From Macrostomum lignano (lineage: Eukaryota), in NCBI GenBank assembly GCA_002269645.1, contig NIVC01003147.1:1-37277 (forward strand): 37,277 bases of DNA, given 5' to 3'. A model generated the notes under the pieces. The model had not been told where the DNA came from and did not search any database. It saw only the letters and a list, made by a program, of their open reading frames with translations. Positions 11,791 to 22,126 of the stretch are shown here, one piece after another. The position numbers and the translations under genes are program-made. How positions within the stretch are numbered: position 1 is the first letter of the stretch; every line of letters starts with the position of its first letter.

Positions 11791-11934
11791 ATCACTCGTA
11801 AAAAGTCAGTTGATGGCGTGAAAAACTGAGGTGATTGTCAAAGGTTCGTTAATCATCAACTCAATTTTAGTGTGATCACTCGAAAATTGGCATCATTTGA
11901 TGGCGGTGTGGACGAGCCTTTAGTCATAGCCACA

Positions 11935-11945
11935 CGCTGCCACCA
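11935..11945 (-). other. Primer-binding site, probably tRNA-Leu
   Basis: Minus strand TGGTGGCAGCG, 1 nt after the LTR end; complementary to the ...CGCUGCCACCA 3' end typical of eukaryotic tRNA-Leu(AAG/UAG). Confidence 0.7.
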
Positions 11946-11946
11946 A

Positions 11947-12111
11947 TATAAGAATAAGCCGAGACGAGAAAGTGGCTTAAGGCGTAGACCGACACTTGAC
12001 TGCCGCCAAGGCACTCGCTTGTATTCTGACACGCTTGCATTGTACAGCGAGCAAATGTACATACACTTGCGCACATGCCAAACGTTATGCCAAACATAAA
12101 CTATTAAAACA
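11947..12111 (-). repeat. 165-bp LTR
   Basis: Minus strand begins TGTTTT and ends TTCTTATA (ACA in the other copy). Followed by the PBS and preceded by the purine tract GGGGGAGGGGGCAGGTGGG. Confidence 0.65.
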
Positions 12112-12454
12112 CCCACCTGCCCCCTCCCCCAAAAGACTGCTGGAGAATTTCACTTGAAACGGCCGCGATAAGAAGACGAATCAGTGCCGCAGTGTACATA
12201 GCGATAGTCTTTTTTGGAGGAAAGATTTCAACGTACATTGGCTTGAAGACTAGAACCATTTAACTAATGTTTGACTCATGCGAGGCTCTTTCCAGGCTAC
12301 AGTATCTAACCCTGCAACGCAAGGCTAAACGAATCAGTATTTGATCTCATTACCCAGCAACAGCCTCTGCACCCCCTCTCCGCCATTGAATGCCAAGATT
12401 TAATCGTCCGCTCACCCACTCTCTCCGCCACTGACTCACCCAGCCCTGTCTCAC

Positions 12455-15302
12455 ATGGAGCCGCGAGCCTCAATACGCGCATTGGTAGCTGCAGCACTCG
12501 CTGCCAAGGACCTGGACAGCCTCCTCGATCTCTGCTGGCAGCTCGACACCAACCATACCGTCAGCGTCAACCAGTTGGAGCAGTCCATTGCTCACCACGT
12601 GGCCTGCCTTCCCGACGGTCTAAGCTGCATGGAGGCTCTCATTGAGAAACTCGGAACCAAATGCCTCACCTGCACCAACGAGAAGATGAACACTCCAGTG
12701 CACCTGGCTGCCTTGTATCTAGATGAGTCATGGATGGAGCTCATTCACCGAAACCTCGGATGCGACTGCTTCCAGCAGCCTGGCTACATAAAACGCACTG
12801 CCATTCACTGTGCCGCTACGAATGAAAAAACTAACTCCTGTCTCAAGTGGCTGGTGAACGAGTGCGGAACCGACTGTCTCTCCGTTCGAGACCAAGATGG
12901 AGACACTCCCGTCCATCTCGCTGCTTGGAAGCAGGGCGCCGATTCCATGCAGTTCTTCAAATCAGTCCTCGGATCCGACTGCTTCCATCAGCCTGGCCGA
13001 CTCCAACGCACTGCCATTCACCAGGCCGCTATGAATGAAGCTACTAACTCCTGTCTCAAGTGGCTGGTGAACGAGTGCGGAACCGACTGTCTCTCCGTTC
13101 GAGACCAACAAGGAAACACTCCCGTCCATCTCGCTGCTTGGATGCAGGGCGCCGATTCCATGCAGTTCTTCAAATCAGTCCTCGGATCCGACTGCTTTCA
13201 TCAGCCAGGCTGCGTACAACGCACTGCCATTCACTGGGCCGCTAGGAATGAAGCTACTAACTCCTGTCTCAAGTGGCTGGTGAACGAGTTCGGAACCGAC
13301 TGTCTCTCCGTTCGAGACCAACGAGGAAAGACTCCAGTCCATCTCGCTGCTTGGAAGCAGGGCGCCGATTCCATGCAGTTCTTCAAATCAGTCCTCGGAT
13401 CCGACTGCTTCCATCAGCCTGGCCGACTCCAACGCACTGCCATTCACTGGGCCGCTTTGAATGAGACTAACTCCTGTCTCAAGTGGCTGGTGAACGAGTG
13501 CGGAACCGACTGTCTCTCCGTTCGAGACCAACAAGGAAACACTCCCGTCCATCTCGCTGCTTGGAAGCAGGACGCCGATTCAATGCAGTTCTTCAAATCA
13601 GTCCTCGGATCCGACTGCTTCCATCAGCCTGGCAATTGCCAACGCACTGCCATTCACTGGGCCGCTTTTAATGAAGCTACTAACTCCTGTCTCAAGTGGC
13701 TCGTTCAGCAACTCGACCGGTCATGTCTTTTGAAAAGAGGTTTTAACGGGATTACAGCGGCTCATGTGGCTGCTCAATATCAAGATGTCGAAACGCTCAG
13801 CTTCATCGTTGACTTACTGGGTGTCTCTGTCCTTGATCTAAGGGATGCTTCGCACTTTCTTCCATGGAAGCGAAAGTCTGTTGCTGACTACGCGAAGCTG
13901 AACTCTCAGCACGGGTCTCAGTTGACGCGGTGGATCGCTGAGCGGCGGCACCAGCAGAGGTCCCAGTCTGAGAAGACGCCGACAGTACCGTAAGTTTTGT
14001 ATGAAAAAAGCGGATATATTGGCACGTCTGTTACAGTGACATTAAAAATTGAATGCTGGATTTACGAGCTAATTAATAGCATTAAATTTTGAAGAAAAAA
14101 AAGATTTTTAAATGAAGTCAAAGCTTTTTTGTGGGCTGCATGCAATGCTCATAGAATATGATTTGCTTTGATTGGTTCTTAATTTTTATTTTCTTCAGAG
14201 ATATAACAATGATCAGTTTAGGTTTAGTAAGGAAGAGATTATATATAATACAGTGTGCCCACAGCATTCCACGGCATCCCATAGCATTCTCGGGCAAAAC
14301 TTCCCACAGAATCAGGCAAAGGTCTCCGGAGATTCCTGTTCTGCACTCATTGCTTCACACCCCGATCACACTGCTGCATTCCAGACTCCATGAGGATATT
14401 TACCAGGTGACGAACCCGCAGGGATTCTGCCTCATCATCAACATCAACACGTACTCAGCCGGCAGTGGCGAAGAGGAGCGCAAAGGCTCGGAGCGGGATG
14501 TGGACCGAGTGAGGAAGCTTTTCAGGAAGCTGAGTTTCACCATCAAGGAGGTGCAAAATCCCACAACTGCAGAGATCGATGACTTCCTCAATGAGACAAA
14601 GAAGTCCAAGGAGCTCGCCAAGCACGGCAGTTTTGTCTGCTTCCTGATGGCCCACGGCCGCAAGGACCCACAGGGAAGGGACTGCATTATCGATGGCCAT
14701 GGAGTGCAGAGTCCGGTTCTGGAGCTCGCAGCCAAGTTCAAGGTGGGTCTGGGTCTGGCTCATCTGTGCATATGATACAAAGCATTGCAGCTCTACAAAT
14801 TTCTACACATTTCCCAACCCTCCTCCAGGCCTCCGTCTGCCCCGACCTGGCGGGCAAGCCGAAGATCTTCTTTGTCCAGGCCTGCCGTGGCAGTGGCACA
14901 GACGAAGTGACGCACAGGGGGCTGGCAGTCGACCAGCTGCCCCCAGAGTTCGCACAGAACCCGGCCCTGTACCCTCCAGAGAGTGACTTCCTGTTCTGCT
15001 TCCCTACCACAGAGGGTCAGGTGTCCTACCGCGACCCTCAGACTGGCAGCGTCTTCGTGCAGACCCTGTGCGACTACATCGAGCAATTTTACACGGAGAA
15101 GCACCTGGAGGACATCATGATTCTCGTGAGGCGGCACATGGCGGAGAAGCCGTACGAGTTCAGAAATGAGAGAGGCGAACTTATAAAGTACTATTGCGTT
15201 GCTCAGACCGTGTCACAGCTCGCTCGGCAGGTCTCCTTTGATCCGAGCAAAGCTCAGAAGCGCTCACGGAGTCTGCAGCTGTTCAGCTTGGGTTCTCATT
15301 GA
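12455..15302 (+). CDS. Ankyrin-repeat caspase, paralog 2, intact; join(12455..13989,14199..14742,14829..15302), 850 aa
   Basis: About 12 ankyrin repeats (degenerate N-cap, 5 A/B pairs, C-cap). The same two GT-AG introns as paralog 1. Spliced length 2553 nt is in frame to TGA. His-Gly (AHG), QACRG, and S1-pocket Arg residues (RKGS, SYR) are retained. Confidence 0.88.
12690..13705 (+). repeat. Coding di-ankyrin array of paralog 2 (about 5 units)
   Basis: Same 210/213-nt scaffold as 1-2317. Confidence 0.95.
13990..14198 (+). other. Intron 1 of paralog 2 (209 nt, phase 2)
   Basis: CC|GTAAGT ... TTCTTCAG|A. Differs from the paralog 1 intron by small indels while the flanking exons keep frame. 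Confidence 0.85.
14743..14828 (+). other. Intron 2 of paralog 2 (86 nt, phase 0)
   Basis: AAG|GTGGGT ... CCTCCAG|GCC. 1 nt longer than in paralog 1, consistent with non-coding status. Confidence 0.9.
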
Positions 15303-15377
15303 AAAACTTCAGAGTGAAGCCTGTAATTTTACATTTGATGCTCATGTGTGACTGTTACGTTCTTGTTAATCGATGTT

Positions 15378-15518
15378 GACTACTTAATGTTCACTTGACC
15401 CCGTCTGCTCCCTCATAACTGTGGCCTTCAGTAACTACTTGTTCGCTTGACCCCTGCCAGCTCCCTCATAACTGTAACCCCAGAGACTACTGATTTTCAC
15501 CTGACTCTTGCCTGCTCA
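15378..15518. repeat. Two to three degenerate units homologous to the 54-55 bp minisatellite
   Basis: gactactt...cacttgacccc...ctccctcataactgt(g/a)...cag at the position equivalent to the array after paralog 1. Confidence 0.65.
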
Positions 15519-17829
15519 TGAGCGAACGGGAAAGTCATTGTCCTAGCAAAATCTTCAATTCTGCCAATTGTACCACAACTATGCAAAACTGTGTCAAACT
15601 AATTTATTTGGCAGACTTGGCACAGTTAAGAAAATTTGAAAGCCAAACTTTCAGCAACTGTGTCAGGAATATTTCCAATTGTCTCAGGTATAAAACTGAT
15701 CGTAGAGGAATGTCTCTTAGAAGTTTCCTACCTTATTTTAGCTCATACTTTTCTCAGCACTACTAGAGCAGTTAAATCTGTTGGCAGTGTACGTACTATT
15801 GATTTCAGCCATATAGCAATCGTCAACAATAATACTTATGTAATCTAATCAGTATAATATCAGATATGTGATACGAGCGTAGGAACCAGTAGACAGTAGT
15901 ACCATGCAATAGATGTTGCTCTTGTCTCAATAAACGAACACGTAACACAATGGGCAATAATTATTCATGTCCATATCCAACGCCACACAGGCCGGTAATT
16001 TTTTTGTTTTTTTTAAGAAGAAAGATGCAGGGCAAACCCAGGTGCCATAGTACGGAAAACTATATACTCAGCAACAGTCAAAAGTTCCACCCTCCAAGCG
16101 AGATGGAATTTTTCTCACTTATTGTGAGTGACGCAACTTGCGGCACGCAGCGAAGCTTATTGTCACTTGGGGGGCTTGGGTCTGTGTAATGGTACAAAAG
16201 TGCGTAACTTTAAGAGGACAAATGTTCAGTCTAATCCTCGGGGTTAAGGACACCCGGGTACCAGGCTTTTGTATTAGCATCTGTAGAGGGATCCGTAGCG
16301 AGTATGTGCAGTAGTAGTATATCAAAATAATTAAAATAGAAAAAAATCGCACATCCATCTATTTTATTACCAGGAATGTTTCGGTTTTAGAACCCTAATC
16401 CATATCCCTGTCCCTAATGGTCCATGGTTTCTGGTACGTCTGTCTTACCCAATGTGTCCTAAGATGTATGTGCTCTTCTATATCGTAAACTTCTGCTTAT
16501 ATAACAGTTTTATTACGCAGTCACATAAGTGCATTTGTGCGGTAAGTGTTTGGGGTGCTTCAACTGTTCGTTTTTTTCATCATTCAAATATTTCGAATGA
16601 CAATAGAAGTTAAGAAAGTTTCAGACGATCATAATTTGAACTAAACGGACAACACGAGTCTGATGGAAACAGGTTACAATTACCTGTAGTAATTGTTGTA
16701 GTAACGCACTGTTCTGGCTCAGCTACAAGCATACGAACTTAATGTAGACTATGCGCCACGCATTAAAAGTACACTGGACCATTTCTATCTCGGTGTCCTG
16801 TATTCGCAGCGTGCACTGACCTACAACGCACACGCAGTGTGTCTCCATATGTCGACCGCAGTGCTGCAGTGTCCGCTGGCCTGTTCGGGTCATAGCGCCG
16901 CAAAACCTGCTGATGGCGGACAAAGAGTTGGTGAAGTTCATTGAGAAGGACATTGACCGCAGAGAGATGTCCCACAATAGCAGATAACATTAATTAACGA
17001 TCGCAAGTTTGCAGGCCACTTCCAGACACCTAACGCGGATAGTAGAATCGAGTTATCCTGCCATAAGGAACGGTACCGCGGCCATGTAGAGCGCCTTATG
17101 AACGCAATTATGATCATTTTAATTGTGGGAAAAGCTGGATACAATAAGACTATAGAAGGTATAATTGATTTGAAATTTTACAAGAAATCGTTATTAAAAC
17201 AAAATGATCATTTTTTGGTAAACAATTTCGAACTTCTGAGACGTTTTGAAATTTTTAAGTTTCGAGCTTGTGAAGTTTCGAGCTTATGCACTTTAGAGCT
17301 CGTGAAGGTTCGAGACAAGAACAAATAGAGTTAGTTGAATGACAACTTGCAAGTCGTAGAAAAATATTTGAAGGCAGATTGTTCTGCAATTTTGATTTGT
17401 CTATTGCTTGCTGCGGTTGGTCACTGGTTTTTGTTGGCTTGTTGCGGTTCACGGCCTCCTTGCATCTGCATGGCCTGTTCCAAATTAGCCAGGCAATAAA
17501 ACCTCGCTTTCCTTCCCCCGCGATTTCTCCCTAGCTATCTTAAGACGCACGGGCAGTCCAGGCCGCGCAGTCAACCCCGACCCCTCAAGCAAACACTTGG
17601 CCCGGGAATTTCACTCCTCGCGCGTACAATCTGTCCTGCAATGTACATAGCAATTAGTTTTTTTTTCAGGCGACTATTTCAATGTACATTGGCTTGCATT
17701 CTGGTACCACTTGGACTGAAGTACTGAACCAATGTTAGACTCATGTGTGCGGCTCTTTCCGGGCAACAGTGCCTTAAACTGCATAGCAAGACTTAGTTTC
17801 AATATCCAGCACACATACCCAAGCACTAA

Positions 17830-18981
17830 ATGCAGACTAAAGTAAATCCAACACGGACAGGCAATAGCAGGAGTCTCCCTGGCAGCCGGCTGCCATTGCT
17901 GCTGCTGCTTGTCCTGCTTGCCGTCTTCCTCTGCCTGAGCTCCTACGCCCCGAAGCTCAGCATCTACCAAATCAGCTTCCCGGTCTTCAACACGGATGAC
18001 GACTTCGCCGACTCCTTCGCCCGAGTGCTGCAGCGTCAGCAGTCGGGCCGCTGCCTTCACGAGTTCAACTCCAGCCTGAAGCTGCCACTGCTGCGACTCG
18101 ACTCACCAGCCGAGCTGGACCCGAAGATTCGAACCCGGGCCGCCGCGGCCTGGCTGCGCTCGTCTGTCGACGTAGTGTTCGCCGCCTCGGTGCGCAACGC
18201 CATGCGCGGACTGCCCGGCACCGCCCAGCAGATGCGGCGCCTCGCCGACAGCTTCCGCAGCGTCGCCTTCGTCTTCGTGGAGAACGACAGCGCGGACGAT
18301 ACGAGGCGCTTCCTGACCGACTGGCGCCGACGAGACGCCCGGGTGCGCCTGCTGGGTTGCGGGGGCGCCGACGCCGCGTGCCGCATGAACATCAGCTACT
18401 CCTCCGGCCGCGCCCACCGCCAGGGCTGGTCGCTGCCGCGCAACCAAGTCGAGAACCGCGAGCGCGGCATCGTGATGTCCGCCCTGAGGAACATCTACCT
18501 GCGCCACATCTACCGGCAGCTCTACAGACCCGACCGCGACTCCCTGCTCATCGTTGTGGATCCCGATCTCAGCTTCAAGCCGTGGGACCTGGACGCCATC
18601 CTGCAGGGCCTGTACTACTTCCGGGACAGGCCGGAGCTGCAGTCTCTGTGCGCCCACACCACGTCTCATGACGTCATCTACGACAACTGCACCCTGGTGT
18701 TCCAGCGCACCAGGCTGTTCTCCCAGGTCAGCCGCGAATCGACGATCGTCTCCGATTTCAACACGACGGCTCAGCCGCCCGGCCTGCCGCCCGTGAAGGT
18801 GGCCGGCTGCTTCCAGGCCTTCACCGCCTACCGATTGAGCCACCTGGCCGAACAGAAGCTCGAGTACGGACCGGCCCGAGGTGAGACCGTCTGCGAGCAC
18901 CTGACGCTGGCCAGACAGCTGATGGAGAACTACCTGGACCTGGGCAAGGAGGTTGTCAAGGAGAACGAGGGTGGTTTGTGA
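17830..18981 (+). CDS. Intronless type II membrane GT-A fold glycosyltransferase-like protein, copy A (383 aa)
   Basis: N-terminal hydrophobic anchor LLLLLVLLAVFLCL; FVENDSADDT; MSALRNIYL; DxD motif VVDPDL; VAGCFQAFTAY; CEH. High GC3. Confidence 0.8.
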   Translation: MQTKVNPTRTGNSRSLPGSRLPLLLLLVLLAVFLCLSSYAPKLSIYQISFPVFNTDDDFADSFARVLQRQQSGRCLHEFNSSLKLPLLRLDSPAELDPKIRTRAAAAWLRSSVDVVFAASVRNAMRGLPGTAQQMRRLADSFRSVAFVFVENDSADDTRRFLTDWRRRDARVRLLGCGGADAACRMNISYSSGRAHRQGWSLPRNQVENRERGIVMSALRNIYLRHIYRQLYRPDRDSLLIVVDPDLSFKPWDLDAILQGLYYFRDRPELQSLCAHTTSHDVIYDNCTLVFQRTRLFSQVSRESTIVSDFNTTAQPPGLPPVKVAGCFQAFTAYRLSHLAEQKLEYGPARGETVCEHLTLARQLMENYLDLGKEVVKENEGGL

Positions 18982-19571
18982 CGGAGCGAGTACCTGGAAA
19001 ATTTTAATTACCAAAAAATCTTTCATGTGGCAGTTGATTATTTCAAACTTGAGTTTGAAATTCTGCATTTTAATTACACAATTCAAAAATGTTTCCGCGG
19101 ATTTTGAAAACTTGTGATATTCTCAATGAGTTCTAATATTATTTGTGCACTCAGCAGTGCCCTGAGCTGCAGTGAGAGAATGTTTGGAGTTCTTTTTTCA
19201 AGACAGTGTAATTGATTAAGCTGGAATGTGACACTACTGAAAAGCCGAAAGGACGCAACCCCGTCCACGCTCTGCACCCTCCACTCAAATTCAAAACCAG
19301 CATTAAGCAGGGGACAACTGGCAAACCCCGTCGTGAATCCACTGCTTCACTGACGGTTCCCCAGTGACTCCAGCTGGCGAGACCCATTGCTGCCCATTCC
19401 GCCGAATCCCCTCGGCAGGCAAGCAAGCGCGCGGATACGAGTATACGCAGGCATTCGCACAGACATTTTTTAATCGTTAGCCAGCATGTACACTTCATTG
19501 TGTCTTGGGGGTTGACCCTCAAAGCCGTTAATTGCACGAGGAGAGCCAAGATTTAGCCTCAAATTAATTTG

Positions 19572-19640
19572 ACTGCACTCGGAATCGAGCCTGGGCCACT
19601 AGCACGTAAGAGCGCCGCGGTACACCACTTGGCTACGGCC
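19572..19640 (-). mobile_element. tRNA-derived SINE head or tRNA pseudogene
   Basis: A box TAGCCAAGTGG (19635-19625) and B box GGCTCGATTCC (19591-19581) at tRNA-like spacing. Stems are degenerate. Confidence 0.5.
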
Positions 19641-20237
19641 TACGCCACAGTACCACTGAATCAGGGCAAGACGCAACCCTTTAGAAAACCGGATTTCGCA
19701 TAAAATTGCACCGCTGACCTGAGAATTTTTCGTTTTTTTACTAAACAGACTGTCTTAGCTCAAGACCTTCCAGCCAGTTGAATTGCACGAGTTCGTTGTT
19801 CTGTAAAAGTCGGCTGAAATCTGGAAAACTGAAAAGCACAGCTCATGTACTGCTCGACAGAGCTGCTCAAGTTGTTGTCAAAGGATCATAAACAGACTAA
19901 GACTAACTTGGTCAAGCGCTGAATTTCGAATTTCGAATTACGCTGAATTACACCAAAGCAATGTAATATATCGTATTAGACAGTTTCACAGTGTTCTATT
20001 TTTAAAAATATGTTAGTAACAAACACGTCAAAAGATCTTTAGACCGTAAAGAGATGACACTTCTCATTGTTTAAAGCTGTGCTAATAATTCAGAGCCTCG
20101 GCAGTTATTGCAATCAAGATATTGCCCACAACTTGGTCCATACGTCAAGACAAACGACACTTCTATTAAAAAACATTTATTCTAGGAATCTCCCATAAAT
20201 TATCAAAGGTCCTCAGAATCAAGCAGGACTCGCTCCG

Positions 20238-21416
20238 TCACGCATTGCCCTCGTTCTGCTTGACAACCTGCAGCTGCATGCCCAGGTCCAGGTAGTTCTC
20301 CGTCAGCTGTCTGGCCAGCGTCAGGTGCTCGCAGACGGTCTCCCCGCGTACTGGTCCGTACTCGAGCTTCTGTTTGGCCAGGTGGCTCAGTCGGTAAGCG
20401 GTGAAGGCCTGGAAGCAGCCGGCCACCTTCAGAGGTGGCAGGCCGGGCGGCGGCGACTTGGTGCGAAAGGCAGCGATGATCGGCGACTCCTTGCCGGCCT
20501 GGGAGAAGAACCCGTTCTGCTGGAACACCAGGGTGCACGGGTCGTAAATGTAACTGCCGTACCTGGTGTGGGCGCACAGGGACTGCAGCTCCGGCCTGTC
20601 CCGGAAGTAGTACAGGCCCTGCAGGATGGCGTCCAGGTCCCACGGCTTGAAGCTGAGATCGGGATCCACAACGATGAGCAGGGAGTCGCGGTCGGGTCTG
20701 TAGAGCTGCCGGTAGATGTGGCGCAGGTAGATGTTCCTCAGGGCGGACATCACGATGCCGCGCTCGCGGTTCTCGACTTGGTTGCGCGGCAGCGACTAGC
20801 CCTGGCGGTGGGCGCGGCCGGAGGAGTAGCTGATGTTCATGCGGCACGCGGCGTCGGCGCCCCCGCAACCCAGCAGGCGCACCCGGGGGTCTCGTCGGCG
20901 CCAGTCGGTCAGGAAGCGCCTCGTATCGTCCGCGCTGTCGTTCTCCACGAAGACGAAGGCGGCGCTGCGGAAGCTGTCGGCGAGGCGCCGCATCTGCTGG
21001 GCGGTGCCGGGCAGTCCGCGCATGGCGTTGCGCACCGAGGCGGCGAACACTACGTCGACAGACGAGCGCAGCCAGGCCGCGGCGGCCCGGGTTCGACTCT
21101 TCGGGTCCAGCTCGGCCGGTGAGTCGAGTCGCAGCAGTGGCATCTTCAGGCTGGAGTTGAACTCGTGAAGGCAGCGGCCCGACCGCTGACGCTCCAGCAC
21201 TCGGGCGAAGGAGTGGGCGAAGTCGTCATCCGTGTCGGGGAAGCTTCTAGCTGAGTATCGCGTGCTCAAACCCGAATAGATGACGCTTGAGCTCTGCAGA
21301 CAGATGTAGGCAAAAAGCATCCCGGACAAAAGCAGCAACACCTGCACCTGCAGCAGCGGCCTGCGGTTGCTCGAGAACCGTCTTGCACACGAACATGTAG
21401 CAGGGGGTCCGGGCAT
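20238..21416 (-). pseudogene. Glycosyltransferase-like copy B, inverted paralog, with one in-frame TAG (Trp to stop) at 20796-20798
   Basis: ORFs 20796..21416 and 20238..20753 share a frame. CAG GGC TAG TCG aligns to CAG GGC TGG TCG in copy A. Confidence 0.8.
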
Positions 21417-21831
21417 TGCGTGGGCTTGAAACGAATTAAAAAACTAACAAATTAAGCTTTGGTGCCACATTTGACTCTTCAGTTAAGTTTTACTCGTAGT
21501 TGCTTTTTATCGCATTCCCGGATTCGCTGGAACTAGGTCCGTCCAAGGCAGCCTCAAGCCAACGCAGTGTCAGCTCTTTTGCCGCGGAGTTTGCAATCTG
21601 CAATCACTCGGCGCAGGTTACTAGAGGTGGAAGAATTATGGGACATTTTTCTCCTGTAATATTTAAACGTCTTAAGTTTTCAGAGAAAAGTACGCTGGAT
21701 CGTTGCGAGAGATCACGGTGCTTGATTGGATAATTGATTGAATCGGAAATATAGTCTCAAAGTGTAGATTGGCTAGCCAATCGTTGTTATCGGGGCCAAG
21801 GGTGTTTGCCGCCGCGCCTGTGTTTGGGGTT

Positions 21832-22052
21832 GGTCCCGCATGCGTCTGTCTGAGGGGGGGGGTGGGTGCGCCTCGGCCTTGGACGGTGGTGGGTGTCAGT
21901 GGGGGTCCCGCATGCGTCTGTCTGAGGGGGGGGGGTGGGTGCGCCTCGGCCTTGGACGGTGGTGGGTGTCAGTGGGGTCCCGCATGCGTCTGTCTGAGGG
22001 GGGGGGGGGTGGGTGCGCCTCGGCCTTGGGCGAGGGTGGGTGTCAGTGGGGG
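21832..22052. repeat. Three copies of a ~72-75 bp G-run-rich repeat
   Basis: ggtcccgcatgcgtctgtctga(G)n tgggtgcgcctcggccttgg...gggtgtcagtgggg, three times. Confidence 0.9.
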
Positions 22053-22126
22053 CCTTTTTCTCGTTTTACTGGCTTGCGCGCGTTTTTTTACTTGTGATTT
22101 CTGATTGGGCCACTTAGAAATCTTTT

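Larger units (their letters stand above)
9274..12111 (-). mobile_element. Internally deleted Ty3/gypsy LTR retrotransposon relic with nested insertions
   Basis: LTR 12111-11947, PBS, gag-like DFERWLARFNNF and QFFNLTQKDGQLVADY, degenerate zinc knuckle YWKCGRPGHVQRFC, integrase fragment GVPQSVHTDQ...RTTGYHPEGDG..E.MNRTL (9615-9800), truncated 3' LTR. No PR/RT/RH recognised. Confidence 0.75.

Noticed and set aside
16800-16990. Coding-like stretch (PQNLLMADKELVKFIEKDIDRREM)
   Set aside because: Short, bounded by stops, with no recognisable family or convincing splice sites.
19572-19640. Functional tRNA gene
   Set aside because: Acceptor and anticodon stems do not pair properly; treated as a SINE head or pseudogene.
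18103-21122. Long antisense and off-frame ORFs over the GT genes (and over 26741-28591)
   Set aside because: Expected by-product of very high GC3 coding sequence; no independent motifs.
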